A stretch of DNA of 64,000 nt from an uncultured Sphaerobacteraceae bacterium (GCA_964371945.1 CAYJPA010000023.1:37-64036), one strand, 5' to 3'. Positions 39,540 to 50,213 are shown, counted from the first letter of the stretch. The notes: a model not told the origin generated them from the sequence alone. Program-made: numbers and translations.

Positions 39540-40558
39540 ACTGCGAGCTCGCGTCAGACAATACCGCGCCGGCCGCTCCCGAAATCATCGCCGCAATCGA
39601 AGAAGCCAATCGGGGAAACGTGCTCTCGTCCGGGGAGGACCCGTGGACCGATCGCCCGCGTGCGGTCGTAACCGGCCCATTCGAGGTTCCGCATCCGGTC
39701 GGGGTCGTGCCGATTCTCAGCGGCAAGCTGGCGAATCATCTCTCGATGGCATCGATCACCGAGCATGGCGGTCTTATCTTCTGCCACGAGCATGCGCACA
39801 TTTTGATCGACGAAAACGACGGACCAGCCTACATCACTCGCTGCCGGATGGTCGGACTGCCCGGAGACGGCGACCAAATCGCGCCCGAAACGCTTCGAGC
39901 GGCAATCGAACGTGAATCGCCCCTGCCCCCTGGCAGCGCGTTCAGCCTGACGACCGCGACCGAAGCGGGCACGATCTACGGCCTCGAGCAGATGCGCGCG
40001 CCGGCTGCCATCTCGCACGAGGCAAGAACGCTGGTTCGTCTCGGCGGCGCGCGCTTTTCGAATGCCGCGGGGGCGCTTGGATGCAGCCTGGCCGACATCA
40101 CCTGGCGCGCGGGCGTCGACATCTTCTCCCTTGGGGCAACGAAGAATGGCGGGCTGCCGGCTGAAGCGGTCGTGGCGTTCGATCCCGCGGTCACGGAACG
40201 GCCTATCCGAAAGCAGGCGCTGCTGGGTCACCACCCGTCAAAGACGCGGTTTCTTTCCGCGCAGCTGCTGGCCTGGATCGAGAGCGACGGCTGGCGGAAA
40301 CGCGCCGGGCACGCGAACGCGGCCGCACAACGGCTGGCAGCCGGTTTGCGAACGATTCCTGGAGTGAAGATCGTGAAACCGGTCGAAGTCAATCTGATCT
40401 TTGTCGAACTGCCGGATGAGGTGAAGAGAAGGCTTGATAGGGCCGGATACTTCGTCTACCAGTTGCCGATGTTTGGCGAAGGGGTGGTTCGCTTCGCGGC
40501 GAGTTGGGCGACGACGGACGGCTCGATCGACCGGCTCGTGGCGAACCTCCAGGGGTAG
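39536..40558 (+). pseudogene. Low-specificity L-threonine aldolase, start codon apparently lost (ATA)
   Basis: Frame extends upstream of the GTG at 39620: (I)NCELASDNTAPAAPEIIAAIEEAN...GEDPWT; PLP Lys in LGATKNG is kept, but HxDGAR reads RLGGAR. Confidence 0.65.
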
Positions 40559-40562
40559 GCTC

Positions 40563-41255
40563 CTACGCGGGCTCCTCGCCGACGTGGACTGCGGCCGCCA
40601 GCGGCCGGCCAACGATGTGCTCGACGCCGTCGACCTCAATTCGAATCGGTCCCTCGAACGGCAGTCGTTCCAGCACAGCGACGGTGGCGCCCGGGAAGAG
40701 TCCGAGTCCGCCCAGGTAGCGGAGCTGCTCGGGATCGCGATCGGAAACGCGCGTTACCAGTTTGCGGTCCCCGGGCTCGAGATCGAGCAAACGAACCACG
40801 GAGACGTGATCGATCGTGCCTTCGCGGCTCGGAATCGGATCGCCATGGGGATCGTGCGTCGGGAAGCCGAGCGCGGAATCCATCCTTTCCTCCAACTCTT
40901 CGGAGAGATGGTGCTCCAGGCGTTCCGCTTCGTCGTGGACTTGATCCCAGGGCATACCGAGCGTCTCTGACAAGTAGAGCTCGAGCAGGCGATGGTGGCG
41001 CAACACTTCGAGCGCGATCTTGGTTCCGGCTTCGGTTAGCTCAACGCCGCGATACCGGGAATGACGCAAAAGGCGGAGCTCGTGGAGTCGTTTGACCATG
41101 TTTGTGACCGACGGGCCGGTCACTCCCAGTTCATCCGCCAATCGTTGGGTTGTCACCTGCGCGCCGCTATCCCGAAGACGGTAGACCGCTTTCAGATAAT
41201 CCTCCATCGCATGCGTCACCCTCGGTTGATCCGAGGGCTGAGATTCACTTGGCAT
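40563..41255 (-). CDS. DtxR/MntR family metal-dependent repressor with FeoA domain
   Basis: MEDYLKAVY, RHHRLLE, HDEAERLEH, DPHGDPIP, C-terminal FeoA/SH3-like domain. Confidence 0.95.
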   Translation of the reverse strand: MPSESQPSDQPRVTHAMEDYLKAVYRLRDSGAQVTTQRLADELGVTGPSVTNMVKRLHELRLLRHSRYRGVELTEAGTKIALEVLRHHRLLELYLSETLGMPWDQVHDEAERLEHHLSEELEERMDSALGFPTHDPHGDPIPSREGTIDHVSVVRLLDLEPGDRKLVTRVSDRDPEQLRYLGGLGLFPGATVAVLERLPFEGPIRIEVDGVEHIVGRPLAAAVHVGEEPA

Positions 41256-41550
41256 TTGACTGCGTTGCGGCACGATTTCACTGACCTGGGCAATTGCCCG
41301 CTGTTTGCTTCAGCCTCGCTGATTGGCTCGACCGTCGAAATTCGTGGCCGATTGGAGCACGTTGGACGAATCGTCATTGCCAGCGACAAGCCCTGTCAAG
41401 CAACGTCAGGTTCGGTTTTGCCCGATTATGTCTAAACACCTGAGCTTTTGAACGCTTCGCACGTTGAGCTGGATCGCCTGATCCGCGACAATTCAGCGAT
41501 TTTCGATCGCGAAGGCACTGTCTTCGATAGGCTTTGGAGCACCGTACCCG

Positions 41551-42285
41551 ATGTCAGAACAGGAAATACACGTCTCCCCCGGCGCGACGCCAAAGAAAAT
41601 AGCCGTCATGATGGCGCATCCCGACGATCCGGATTTCAGTTGCGCCGGCACGTGCGCGAAGTGGGCGGCGGAGGGTCACCACATTACGTACGTCGTCATC
41701 ACCAACGGAGACAAAGGAAGCGACGACCGCGGTATTCCAAGCGATCAACTGGTTGTGATCCGTGAAGCTGAGCAGCTCGCGGCAGCCAAGATACTCGGCG
41801 TGCAGGATTGCGTGTTCATGCGGCAACCGGACGGAATGCTCGTACCGAATCTCGAGCTCCGGCGCGAGCTGGTTCGCGTGATCCGCCGGATCAAGCCTGA
41901 CATCGTGATTTGTCCGGACCCAACGATCTGGTTTGTCGCCCGCGAGTACATCAACCATCCTGATCACCGGGCGGCTGGGCAGGCGGTACTCGAGGCGGTC
42001 TTCCCGGCGGCGCGAAATCACCGGGTGTTCCCGGAGCTCCTCGACGAGGGGTTGGAGCCGCACCGGGTAGAGGAGATTTACGTCTCGGGATCCCCGGAGT
42101 CGGATGTCTTCGTCGACATTACGCCGTACATGGATCTCAAGATTGAAGCGTTGCGAGCGCATGTCAGCCAGATGGGCGATTGGGATCCGAGCGAGCCGAT
42201 TCGAGAATGGAACAGCGCCGACGGCAAGAAGGCCAATCCTCCGGTGCAGTATGCCGAGGACTTTCGCTATTTCAAGCTGGATTGA
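41551..42285 (+). CDS. PIG-L family deacetylase
   Basis: AHPDDPDF, TNGDKG, REAEQ, NHPDHR. Confidence 0.93.
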   Translation: MSEQEIHVSPGATPKKIAVMMAHPDDPDFSCAGTCAKWAAEGHHITYVVITNGDKGSDDRGIPSDQLVVIREAEQLAAAKILGVQDCVFMRQPDGMLVPNLELRRELVRVIRRIKPDIVICPDPTIWFVAREYINHPDHRAAGQAVLEAVFPAARNHRVFPELLDEGLEPHRVEEIYVSGSPESDVFVDITPYMDLKIEALRAHVSQMGDWDPSEPIREWNSADGKKANPPVQYAEDFRYFKLD

Positions 42286-42475
42286 CGCGATCAGGCGCTC
42301 TACGTCCTGTGTTGAGTCCATTCTCCGGAATGGCTATTGGTTGCGATTTGGCGCTGTGCCATAATCCGGCCGTGATCCTCGCTTGACAGTCATGCGGTTC
42401 CGCGATCGAGCGGACCATGACTCAATCGGTCTGGCCGGTTCAATGGCCGCGACCGTATCGCCAAAGGGAGCCTCC

Positions 42476-43420
42476 ATGAAATCGCCGATGCTCGAGTACG
42501 CGTTCTTCGAAGGCAAGATCGTGCCCTTCTCGGAGGCAAATGTGAGCGTGGGCACGCATGCCCTGCAGTACGGCACGGGCGCCTTTGCGGGCATTCGTGG
42601 CTATCTCGATGCCGACGGCGAGACGATCAACATCTTCCGCTTGAAAGACCATACGGCTCGCATGCTTAACTCTGCCAAGCTGCTGCGGTCAGAGCTGCCA
42701 TATGACCGCGACTCGCTGGCTGATGTGATCGTGTCGTTGATGGAGAAAAACGCGCCCACCGGGGATACCTACATCCGGCCGTTCATCTACAAACCGGCGG
42801 TGCAGTTGACTCCGAGATTGCGAGGGGTTGGGGACGAGCTTGCCGTCTACATGCTGCAACTGGGCGATTACCTCGATCTGCAACGCGGTCAGAATGTAAT
42901 TGTCTCCTCCTGGTTCCGAATTCAAGATAATGCGATCCCAAGCCGGGGCAAACTCTCAGGCTCTTATGTCAACTCCGCGTTCATCAAGGACGAGGCCGAG
43001 GAGAAGGGCGCAGACGAGGCGATCGTGCTGAACAATTCCGGCAAAGTCGCTGAAGGCAGCGCATGCAACTTGTTCATCGTCCGCAACGGCACCCTGATCA
43101 CTCCACCGATCACCGCGGACATCCTTGAAGGAATCACGCGCCGGTCAGTGATGCTGTTCGCGGAAGAGGCCGGCATCCAGGTCGAACAACGCGAGATCGA
43201 CCGCACCGAGCTCTATATCGCGGATGAGGCGTTTTTCTGCGGCACCGGCGTTCAAATTGCCTGGATCGAGAAGATCGACGGCCGCCCGATTGGCAACGCC
43301 ACCTGCGGTCCGATCACGACGATGATCCGCGACATCTTTTTCAACGTGGTTCGCGGCAAAGACGCCCGCTACGCCTCGTTCCTGACGCCGGTTCGACGTC
43401 CGGTGGCGGTAAGCCGGTAA
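42476..43420 (+). CDS. ilvE: Branched-chain amino acid aminotransferase
   Basis: HALQYG, KLSGSYVNS (PLP Lys), EGSACN, ILEGITR, EAFFCGT. Confidence 0.92.
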   Translation: MKSPMLEYAFFEGKIVPFSEANVSVGTHALQYGTGAFAGIRGYLDADGETINIFRLKDHTARMLNSAKLLRSELPYDRDSLADVIVSLMEKNAPTGDTYIRPFIYKPAVQLTPRLRGVGDELAVYMLQLGDYLDLQRGQNVIVSSWFRIQDNAIPSRGKLSGSYVNSAFIKDEAEEKGADEAIVLNNSGKVAEGSACNLFIVRNGTLITPPITADILEGITRRSVMLFAEEAGIQVEQREIDRTELYIADEAFFCGTGVQIAWIEKIDGRPIGNATCGPITTMIRDIFFNVVRGKDARYASFLTPVRRPVAVSR

Positions 43421-43560
43421 GGCGATGTTGATGCCGGTTAAGCGTTCATCATGCTGGAGCCGCGAGCTTAATTCGTGAAGCTTCTCCGAGGCTGATCAAT
43501 CAACCCGAGCTTACTTGAAGTGCCGGCGATTCCACGCCGTCGGGTCGACTCGGCGACTCC

Positions 43561-44211
43561 TCACCCCGCGGCGTGCTTGATTCGTTCTCGGAGCTCTTTT
43601 TCATCGAGTTGGCCGATGCGGACGGTGTCGATTTTGCCGTCGGGGCGAATGAAGATGGTGACTGGATAACTTTCAGGGATGCCGAATGCCTGCTGGATCG
43701 GACCGTGGAGCGGGTCGTCGCCGCCTGCATCCCGGCCGGTGATGTAGGTGATGCCGAGGTCTGCGATGAGCTTGAGTGCGTTCTCTTCGCGATCGCTTTT
43801 GAGATCGACCCCCAGGAAGACGACTGGTTCACCCGTCATCCTGGTCTGTTCATAGACATCCTGAAAAATGGGCATCTCTTCTCTGCACGGCGCGCACCAT
43901 TCCGCCCAGAAATTGACCACCACAACGGAGCCGAGGAGCTCCGGCAGCCGTATCGTGTTGCCGTTGAACGTGGTCAGCGTGACATCCGGAACCGGCTTGC
44001 CGCTAAACCCGCCGGCGATGACCGGGTCGTCCTGCGAGTCGGAACGCCACCACCAGATCGCGGCGACGGCGATAAAAATCACAAGCGCGAGACCCAACGG
44101 GGAATAGCTTGCGTACTTCCCGTAGCCGATCCGCCCTTCTCCGGCGGTTTCCGGTTGAGAAAGCGTTGTGGCGGGACGCTCGGGAACGGCTTCTTCAGAA
44201 TTGTCACTCAC
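43561..44211 (-). CDS. TlpA/ResA-like disulfide reductase
   Basis: TM anchor, VVVNFWAEWCAPCREE, YP.T.FI. Confidence 0.92.
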   Translation of the reverse strand: MSDNSEEAVPERPATTLSQPETAGEGRIGYGKYASYSPLGLALVIFIAVAAIWWWRSDSQDDPVIAGGFSGKPVPDVTLTTFNGNTIRLPELLGSVVVVNFWAEWCAPCREEMPIFQDVYEQTRMTGEPVVFLGVDLKSDREENALKLIADLGITYITGRDAGGDDPLHGPIQQAFGIPESYPVTIFIRPDGKIDTVRIGQLDEKELRERIKHAAG

Positions 44212-44214
44212 GAC

Positions 44215-44715
44215 TTACGGTAACCCTTCGATTGCTTCTTTGACTTTGCTCGATATCTCGTCCGATGTTCCATAGAGCACTCCGACGACGTTGCTACCTA
44301 TGTACGCATCAGGAGGACCGCCGGGCACGGGGGTGCCGCGAGTGTTCATGATTGTCATTGCCGCGAGATCGACGCCCGTTGTTTCTTCCTCGAGCTGCGC
44401 GGTTCCTTGTGGGTAGATGAAGACGTAGAGCTGCTCGCCGTCGACATCGAAGAGCTGCCCGGCAACCGCTAGCTCATCGGAGCGACCACCGCCCGGGGAG
44501 AAGGTCACCTTCAAGCCCTGGGCTTCGAGGGCTAGCTTGACGTGGATCGCTTCGTTCTCGCCCGGCACACTCGTTGGTGGACGCGGTTCTTCCGCTGCCT
44601 CGTCTCTGTCCTGATACCAGATCACCGCGACGGCGATGAATAGCGCCGCCGAAAGCGCAAAGAGAGCCCAAGAGAGGTAAGTACGACCCGATCTGGCCGG
44701 TTTCGCTGCTCGCAT
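44215..44715 (-). CDS. Membrane-anchored hypothetical protein
   Basis: N-terminal TM; ends 3 bp before the TlpA start. Confidence 0.65.
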   Translation of the reverse strand: MRAAKPARSGRTYLSWALFALSAALFIAVAVIWYQDRDEAAEEPRPPTSVPGENEAIHVKLALEAQGLKVTFSPGGGRSDELAVAGQLFDVDGEQLYVFIYPQGTAQLEEETTGVDLAAMTIMNTRGTPVPGGPPDAYIGSNVVGVLYGTSDEISSKVKEAIEGLP

Positions 44716-44875
44716 GTTGTTTCAGACTCCTTGGGACACCGGCCGTGAATGCGAGCCGCGCCGCAATGATGGTACGCGGTCTCTCTTCCGAGTAAAAGGG
44801 CGAGGCGCCGTGTTAAACGAACACCGGGCGACGAGACACTGCCCGCGCCCGATGTTCTACCCCGGGGGGACGGGG

Positions 44876-46060
44876 TCACCAGATGAGGCGGATCACCACA
44901 ACTCCGCCGCAGTCCCTGCACCAACTGCTGGCGCCGGTCCCGCTTACGATAAAGTCATCGAGCAGCGTCGCATTGTGCGTTTCACTGTCGACGGTGGTAA
45001 TGGAGAATGCTGCATATCCGGCCACGTAGAGCTTTTGGCTCGTGCCCGATTCGGATGGCGTATCAATGGCGACCGGGAGGATCATGACGCAGCCGTACGG
45101 GTGACTGACACCGCTGACGCAGCCCGTTACGCCATCGACTTTCGTGATCGTCGATCCGGGCGAGCCGGTGATCGCATAGTTGAACCAGGAGCCAGGATTC
45201 TTACTCGCGTTTTTGGCTTGATCGGCCAGACCCGTGAACTTATCACCCACGGAACTGCAATCGGCATTGCCTTTGGCGCTGAGCCGCGAATCGTGAATCC
45301 GGAACGTTTTGCCGGCCGCGTTCGAACTGACCTTGAACGGCGATGTGCTGGAGAGGATGTTCAAGTTGCTTCCGATCGCCGGCCCCATGCCCGTTGGATT
45401 GCTCGTGACGTCCCAGGCGTTGGTGCCGCAGATCATGAAGGGAGCATCGGACGGCTGCTTCGATGCGTTCTGCACCCTGGCCTTCGCGTAGCCCGCGATC
45501 GACAGATAGTCCGGTGTCGCTGGGAAAATCCGCATGAAGTAGGTTGGAACAGTGATCTTTGTGCGAACCCGCGAGCCGGCAGCGTTCGCGGGGACATTCT
45601 GATCGCAGGTTCCGACAACGCTCCAGTTGTTGCCGATGTACTGGCATGAGTAAACGGACGGCACGAACGACGCGAAGGTGTTCTGTGCCACCACCGCGTT
45701 GACTTCGGCGATCGCCGAGCGAGGCGCCGATTGGGTATACATCGCGATCTGTCTCGCTCCCGCCAGCGCTCCGGCATCGGCCGCGCCCTGAACTGACCGC
45801 TTCGCGGCGAGGGCGTAACCGACATCCGTCGCCAGACCGAGCATCCCCAGCATCGCGACCAAAAAGATCGCGAACATGATCAGCACCTGTCCGCGGCGGG
45901 CGCCATCTGGTTCGACTTCTTCGACGGAGAGTGGCTCGAATTTGCTCGGTGTCGTCGATCCGCCGGGCATCCAGGTGGTACGGAGATCTCGTCGAACCGA
46001 TTCACCAGCGTTTGGAGCGGGTTTCATTGCCATTTCATCGTCTACCCTCATGTCATGCAC
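44876..46060 (-). CDS. TadG-like (Tad domain) pilus-associated protein
   Basis: RRGQVLIMFAI...LATDVG...VQGAADAGALAGA; Cys-rich C-terminal domain. Confidence 0.88.
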   Translation of the reverse strand: MHDMRVDDEMAMKPAPNAGESVRRDLRTTWMPGGSTTPSKFEPLSVEEVEPDGARRGQVLIMFAIFLVAMLGMLGLATDVGYALAAKRSVQGAADAGALAGARQIAMYTQSAPRSAIAEVNAVVAQNTFASFVPSVYSCQYIGNNWSVVGTCDQNVPANAAGSRVRTKITVPTYFMRIFPATPDYLSIAGYAKARVQNASKQPSDAPFMICGTNAWDVTSNPTGMGPAIGSNLNILSSTSPFKVSSNAAGKTFRIHDSRLSAKGNADCSSVGDKFTGLADQAKNASKNPGSWFNYAITGSPGSTITKVDGVTGCVSGVSHPYGCVMILPVAIDTPSESGTSQKLYVAGYAAFSITTVDSETHNATLLDDFIVSGTGASSWCRDCGGVVVIRLIW

Positions 46061-46464
46061 CGCATCGACGATGTCGCCGAAATGGTGAAGCTCCAGGAGA
46101 TCGAGCCGGAGACGGCGTCCAGAGCACCGATGTAAATCGGCGTGAATGTTTTCTGGGCTGAGACGTTGATCGTGCCTTCGCCCCGCGGCGTTCCGCAGTC
46201 GCCAGTCGTCGCGCTCGAGATCGAGGCGTCGCCTGGTAAGCCGTGGTCGGTTACCGCGGTCGATATGCCGGACGCATCAAATGGATGACGGGAGCCATAC
46301 GTGGCGCCTTCAACGACCGCGTTGCGCATCTGGATGTAGTCGAAGAAGACGCGACCAATATCGATCGTGCCGAGCAGGAGGAGCAGCAAGAGCGGCATCG
46401 CAATCGCCATCTCGACTACGCTTTGCCCGCTTTGCGCACGGGAGGGAATGCGTATGGCATTCAT
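46048..46464 (-). CDS. TadE-like minor pilin
   Basis: SGQSVVEMAIAMPLLLLLLLGTIDIGR...NAVVEGA. Confidence 0.9.
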   Translation of the reverse strand: MNAIRIPSRAQSGQSVVEMAIAMPLLLLLLLGTIDIGRVFFDYIQMRNAVVEGATYGSRHPFDASGISTAVTDHGLPGDASISSATTGDCGTPRGEGTINVSAQKTFTPIYIGALDAVSGSISWSFTISATSSMRCMT

Positions 46465-46910
46465 TCGAGCGTCACCGTGGCGCCAGCCTTCAATGAGAAG
46501 GGCGAGATGCCGAGCATTTGTTGGGTAACGGCCTGGAATGGAACAGTCGCGGAGATCGTGATCTTGTCACCCGATGTGCATGAACCAGTACAGGTGATGG
46601 TGACATCGGTGCTGCCGAGCCCTGGTCGAGGGGTTTCGACACTTGTTTCGGGATTTTGAGCCACCCGAACCCGATGCTTCAGCGCGTTGTAATCGAGTCC
46701 CATGCCGTTTGCGACCGAGACCTTGGCCACCCGCGCAGAGTCGCGAACACCGTTATTGAGTTGCGAGTAGACGTAAATCGAGCGTCCGAAATCGATCATG
46801 CCGAGGCTGATGAGCAGAAAGAGCGATCCGGCTATCGCAAACTCGACCGCCGCCTGTCCGGATCGACGCCGGCTAGTTGCGAGCCGGCTGGTCCATGTTT
46901 GCAACATCAT
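46461..46910 (-). CDS. TadE-like minor pilin
   Basis: RSGQAAVEFAI...GMIDFGR...NGVRDSAR; GGGGAG upstream of the ATG at 46910. Confidence 0.9.
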   Translation of the reverse strand: MMLQTWTSRLATSRRRSGQAAVEFAIAGSLFLLISLGMIDFGRSIYVYSQLNNGVRDSARVAKVSVANGMGLDYNALKHRVRVAQNPETSVETPRPGLGSTDVTITCTGSCTSGDKITISATVPFQAVTQQMLGISPFSLKAGATVTLE

Positions 46911-47177
46911 CGTCTCCCCCGACGTGCCTGCCAGCCATCCCCGCGTTGAGTGATTTGGGCAGTTCGATTCCGACTCACCGTGACGTTGGTCTGACGAGTC
47001 GAACCCGGTCGGCATAGCCCGATAGTACGGGTGGCAACCCAAAGGTCCTATGGCCTACGAGGGCCATTGGAGGAAGTACCGATGTCCCGGATGAGGAGGA
47101 CGTATAAGGAGTCGCCATCTTGATCGACGAATTAAGTGATCATCCCGTGAGATCCAGCGAGTGGGAATGGGGAATCG

Positions 47178-48038
47178 ATGAGTTTCGTCGCGATCGCAAT
47201 GGTTATGACCGCGGCGGTGATCCATGCGGTCTGGAATATGCTCGCCAAGCGAAGCGACGATGCGCTGGCGTTTTTTTGGTCGATCACGGCGGCGTCGCTC
47301 GTCATATTCGCGGTCCCGTTTGCCGTTCTGGCTCCACGCGAAACCTGGGAGTGGGACTGGCTTCGGTTCGCGCTCTTCTCAGGCGTGCTCCACACCTTCT
47401 ACTTCGCGCTGCTCGCGCTCGCATATTCCCGATCCGATCTCTCGCTCGCCTATCCGATCGCCCGTGGAACTGGATTGATGCTGGTGCCGATCCTCGCGGT
47501 TCCGATCTTCGGTGACCGCCCGACCGGGATCGCGTGGGGCGGCATCGGATTGGTTGTTGCCGGCATTCTCCTGCTTCACCACCCGGTGTTCGCCGCGATT
47601 GTCAATCGCGGTCAGGTCCGCGATCTCCTTTCCGTACCCGCTCTGCTTACTGGATTGACGATCGCGTCCTATTCGATCAACGACACTGCCGGCGTCCATC
47701 GCGCGAATCCGATCGTCTACCTCTACGTCGTATTCGTCCTGAATTGCGCGATCATGACACCCTACGTGCTGCATACTAGAACGGCTGCTGTGAAATTGAC
47801 GATCGGCCGACCCTGGCCGGTGGTCGTTGGCGGAGCGGGATCGCTGGGCACCTATGTGATCGTAATGGCAGCGACCCGTTTCGCTCCGGTTTCGTACGTG
47901 GTGCCGATGCGTGAGACGAGCATCGTGATCGGAGCGATTCTCGGAGCGCGATTGCTCGGCGAGTCGCTTGGGACGACTCGACTTGGCGCATGTGCGTTGG
48001 TCGTTGCAGGGGTGATCGCGATTGGAATCGGCGGCTAA
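47178..48038 (+). CDS. DMT/EamA family transporter
   Basis: HAVWNMLAK, DLSLAYPIARG, SYVVPMRETS, 10 TM. Confidence 0.92.
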   Translation: MSFVAIAMVMTAAVIHAVWNMLAKRSDDALAFFWSITAASLVIFAVPFAVLAPRETWEWDWLRFALFSGVLHTFYFALLALAYSRSDLSLAYPIARGTGLMLVPILAVPIFGDRPTGIAWGGIGLVVAGILLLHHPVFAAIVNRGQVRDLLSVPALLTGLTIASYSINDTAGVHRANPIVYLYVVFVLNCAIMTPYVLHTRTAAVKLTIGRPWPVVVGGAGSLGTYVIVMAATRFAPVSYVVPMRETSIVIGAILGARLLGESLGTTRLGACALVVAGVIAIGIGG

Positions 48039-48280
48039 TGAAGAATGCGTCATTGATCGGACTATTGTCTGTCGTGCATCGCCCGGCAATAAATTGACCG
48101 GGCTACGCCGCGCCCAGAGGGCACCCGACCCTTCCAGGGTTGAGAACGAAGCCGTCGTACGGCGAGATGCGCTCCCTGATACACCGAACAAGAATGCACG
48201 CGTCATAAGCCGCCTTGCCATGACCGGTACAATCGAGCACAGAACTGATCCTGAAGCTACCGCGAAAGGACGACGATCCA

Positions 48281-49213
48281 ATGCCGGAGATTCCAGTTAT
48301 CGAGGGTTTGTTCCGTTTCGTGGCTTTCGCACCTGATATCGGATCGCGGGCGATCGCGACCATGTCCCAGATAACAAGCTCCCGATTCTGATGCTCCATG
48401 GTGGCCCCGGCGCCTGCCACGACTATCTCGAGAGTCTTCAACCGTTTGCGGCAACGGGCAGGCCGGTGATCTTTACGACCACCTCGTGTGCGGAAATTCG
48501 GATCGGCCAGACGACCCATTGATGTGGACCGTCGATCTCTTTCTCGACGAGCTTCGGGTCGTGCGGCAAACGCTCGGACTGGACCGGATTCACCTGTTGG
48601 GACAGTCCTGGGGCGGCCTGCTGGCGATGGAGTATGCGCTGACCCGGCAGGACGGTGGGGTCAGCTTGACGATCGCGTCGTCACCCGCGAGTATGCTGCT
48701 CTGGGTTGAAGAAGCGAATCGACTTCGCGCCGAACTTCCCCCGATGTGCAGGCGACGTTGCTCAAGCATAAAGCGGACGGCTCAACCGACGATCCCGCAT
48801 ATGAGCAAGCGATGGCGGTTTTTTACGCGCGTCACGTCTGCCGAGTCGTGCCAAATCCTGACTACGTTACGAACTCATTCGCAAAGCTCGGTAAGCAGGT
48901 GTACGAAACCATGAACGGCCCAAGCGAGTTTCATGTGATTGGAGCACTCTAAGCGTGGCACATCCGGTGTCGGCTTGGCGAAATCGAGATTCCGAGCCTG
49001 ACGACCTCCGGGCGGTATGACGAGTGCACGCCAATGCAGGCCGAGATCGTCAAGAATGGCATCCCAGGTTGTGAATGGGTGCTGTTCGACGAGAGCTCAC
49101 ATATGCCGCATGTCGAGGAGCAAGAGCGCTACCTGGATGTCCTTGATGATTTTCTCAATCGAATTGAAGAGCGAGTGAAACATGGGCAACAGTCGCCGGC
49201 TCGGCTTCTCTAG
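48281..49213 (+). pseudogene. Proline iminopeptidase (alpha/beta hydrolase) pseudogene
   Basis: Joined frames give EGFVPFRGFRT*YRI...LHGGPGACHDYL / CGNSD...LGQSWGG / VQATL...NGPSEF..IGAL*AW...GRYDE...SSHMPHVEE; at least three frameshifts and two in-frame stops. Confidence 0.85.
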
Positions 49214-50213
49214 CGTCAGCCGCCGGGAGCTGCTGACCACGGGCGGCTTGCTCGCTGTTGTTGGCTTGGTCGTCGCCGGCGACAGCCGCGGGCGAGTCAA
49301 GAGCGCCGGTGCAGAGTGGAGCATTGGCGTTCCTATACCTCGGGCACGCTCCGAAATGCCGGCAACGGTGATCGACGGCAAGATCTACGTCGTGGGCGGT
49401 TTCTACGACGGTTCCTGGGCCGATTGCTTTGATCCGTTGACGCAGAGCTGGACCCAGCTCCCCAACCTACCCGCCGCGGCTCACCACCCTGGGGTCGCGG
49501 CAATCGACGGCGTCCTGTACGTGGCTGGTGGCTTCTCTCCCGACGGTCACCATGCCCTCGGACACCTTTGGTCTCATGCGCCCGGAACACGCATCTGGCA
49601 CAAATTGGCGTCACTGCCGGAACCGAAGGGCGCGTTAGGACTCGTCGGAATGGATGGCGGGTTGTTTGCCGTTGGCGGCGCTCGAGAGCACCTGGGGGGA
49701 CCCGCCAGCGGCGATCTCCTCCGCTACGATGTCCTGGCGAATTCATGGCAGGAGCTCCGGCCGATGCCCACGGAGCGCGAACATCTTGCGGTGGCCGCCA
49801 ACGGGGGCAAGATTTTCGCGATCGGCGGCCGGGCGAACGGCGATGAAAGCACCACATTCGGCGGGGCCAACGAGCAATACGATCCGGCAACAGATACTTG
49901 GACCACATTGGCTCGGTTGCCGGTCGGCCGGAGTGGTCTGGCCGGGGTCGCGGTTGAACATAGCGTGGTCGTCATAGGAGGCGAACGAGGCCGCAGTCTC
50001 TACAACAATGTCAATCGGTTTAATATCGAAACGGGTGAATGGGACACGCTTTCGCATCTGGGAACTGCTCGGCATGGGCTGGCGGCCGCATATGTCGATG
50101 GAACGATATACGCGATTGCCGGAAGCACATCGCCCGGTGATATCGAGAACGTTGACATCGTTGAAACGCTCACCTTGGACTCCATCACGGCGCCGTCGCC
50201 CGGAGCCGGATAA
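49182..50213 (+). CDS. Tat-exported Kelch-repeat beta-propeller protein
   Basis: SRRELL Tat signal; six GG...W Kelch repeats (IYVVGG, LYVAGG, LFAVGG, IFAIGG, VVVIGG, IYAIAG). Confidence 0.9.
   Translation: MGNSRRLGFSSVSRRELLTTGGLLAVVGLVVAGDSRGRVKSAGAEWSIGVPIPRARSEMPATVIDGKIYVVGGFYDGSWADCFDPLTQSWTQLPNLPAAAHHPGVAAIDGVLYVAGGFSPDGHHALGHLWSHAPGTRIWHKLASLPEPKGALGLVGMDGGLFAVGGAREHLGGPASGDLLRYDVLANSWQELRPMPTEREHLAVAANGGKIFAIGGRANGDESTTFGGANEQYDPATDTWTTLARLPVGRSGLAGVAVEHSVVVIGGERGRSLYNNVNRFNIETGEWDTLSHLGTARHGLAAAYVDGTIYAIAGSTSPGDIENVDIVETLTLDSITAPSPGAG

Noticed and set aside
46990-47045. SAM-I or c-di-GMP riboswitch (GCCCGAT...GGCAACC)
   Set aside because: Partial word matches only; no P1 AUC...GAU pairing, no GCAAA/GEMM core, and no matching downstream metabolic gene.
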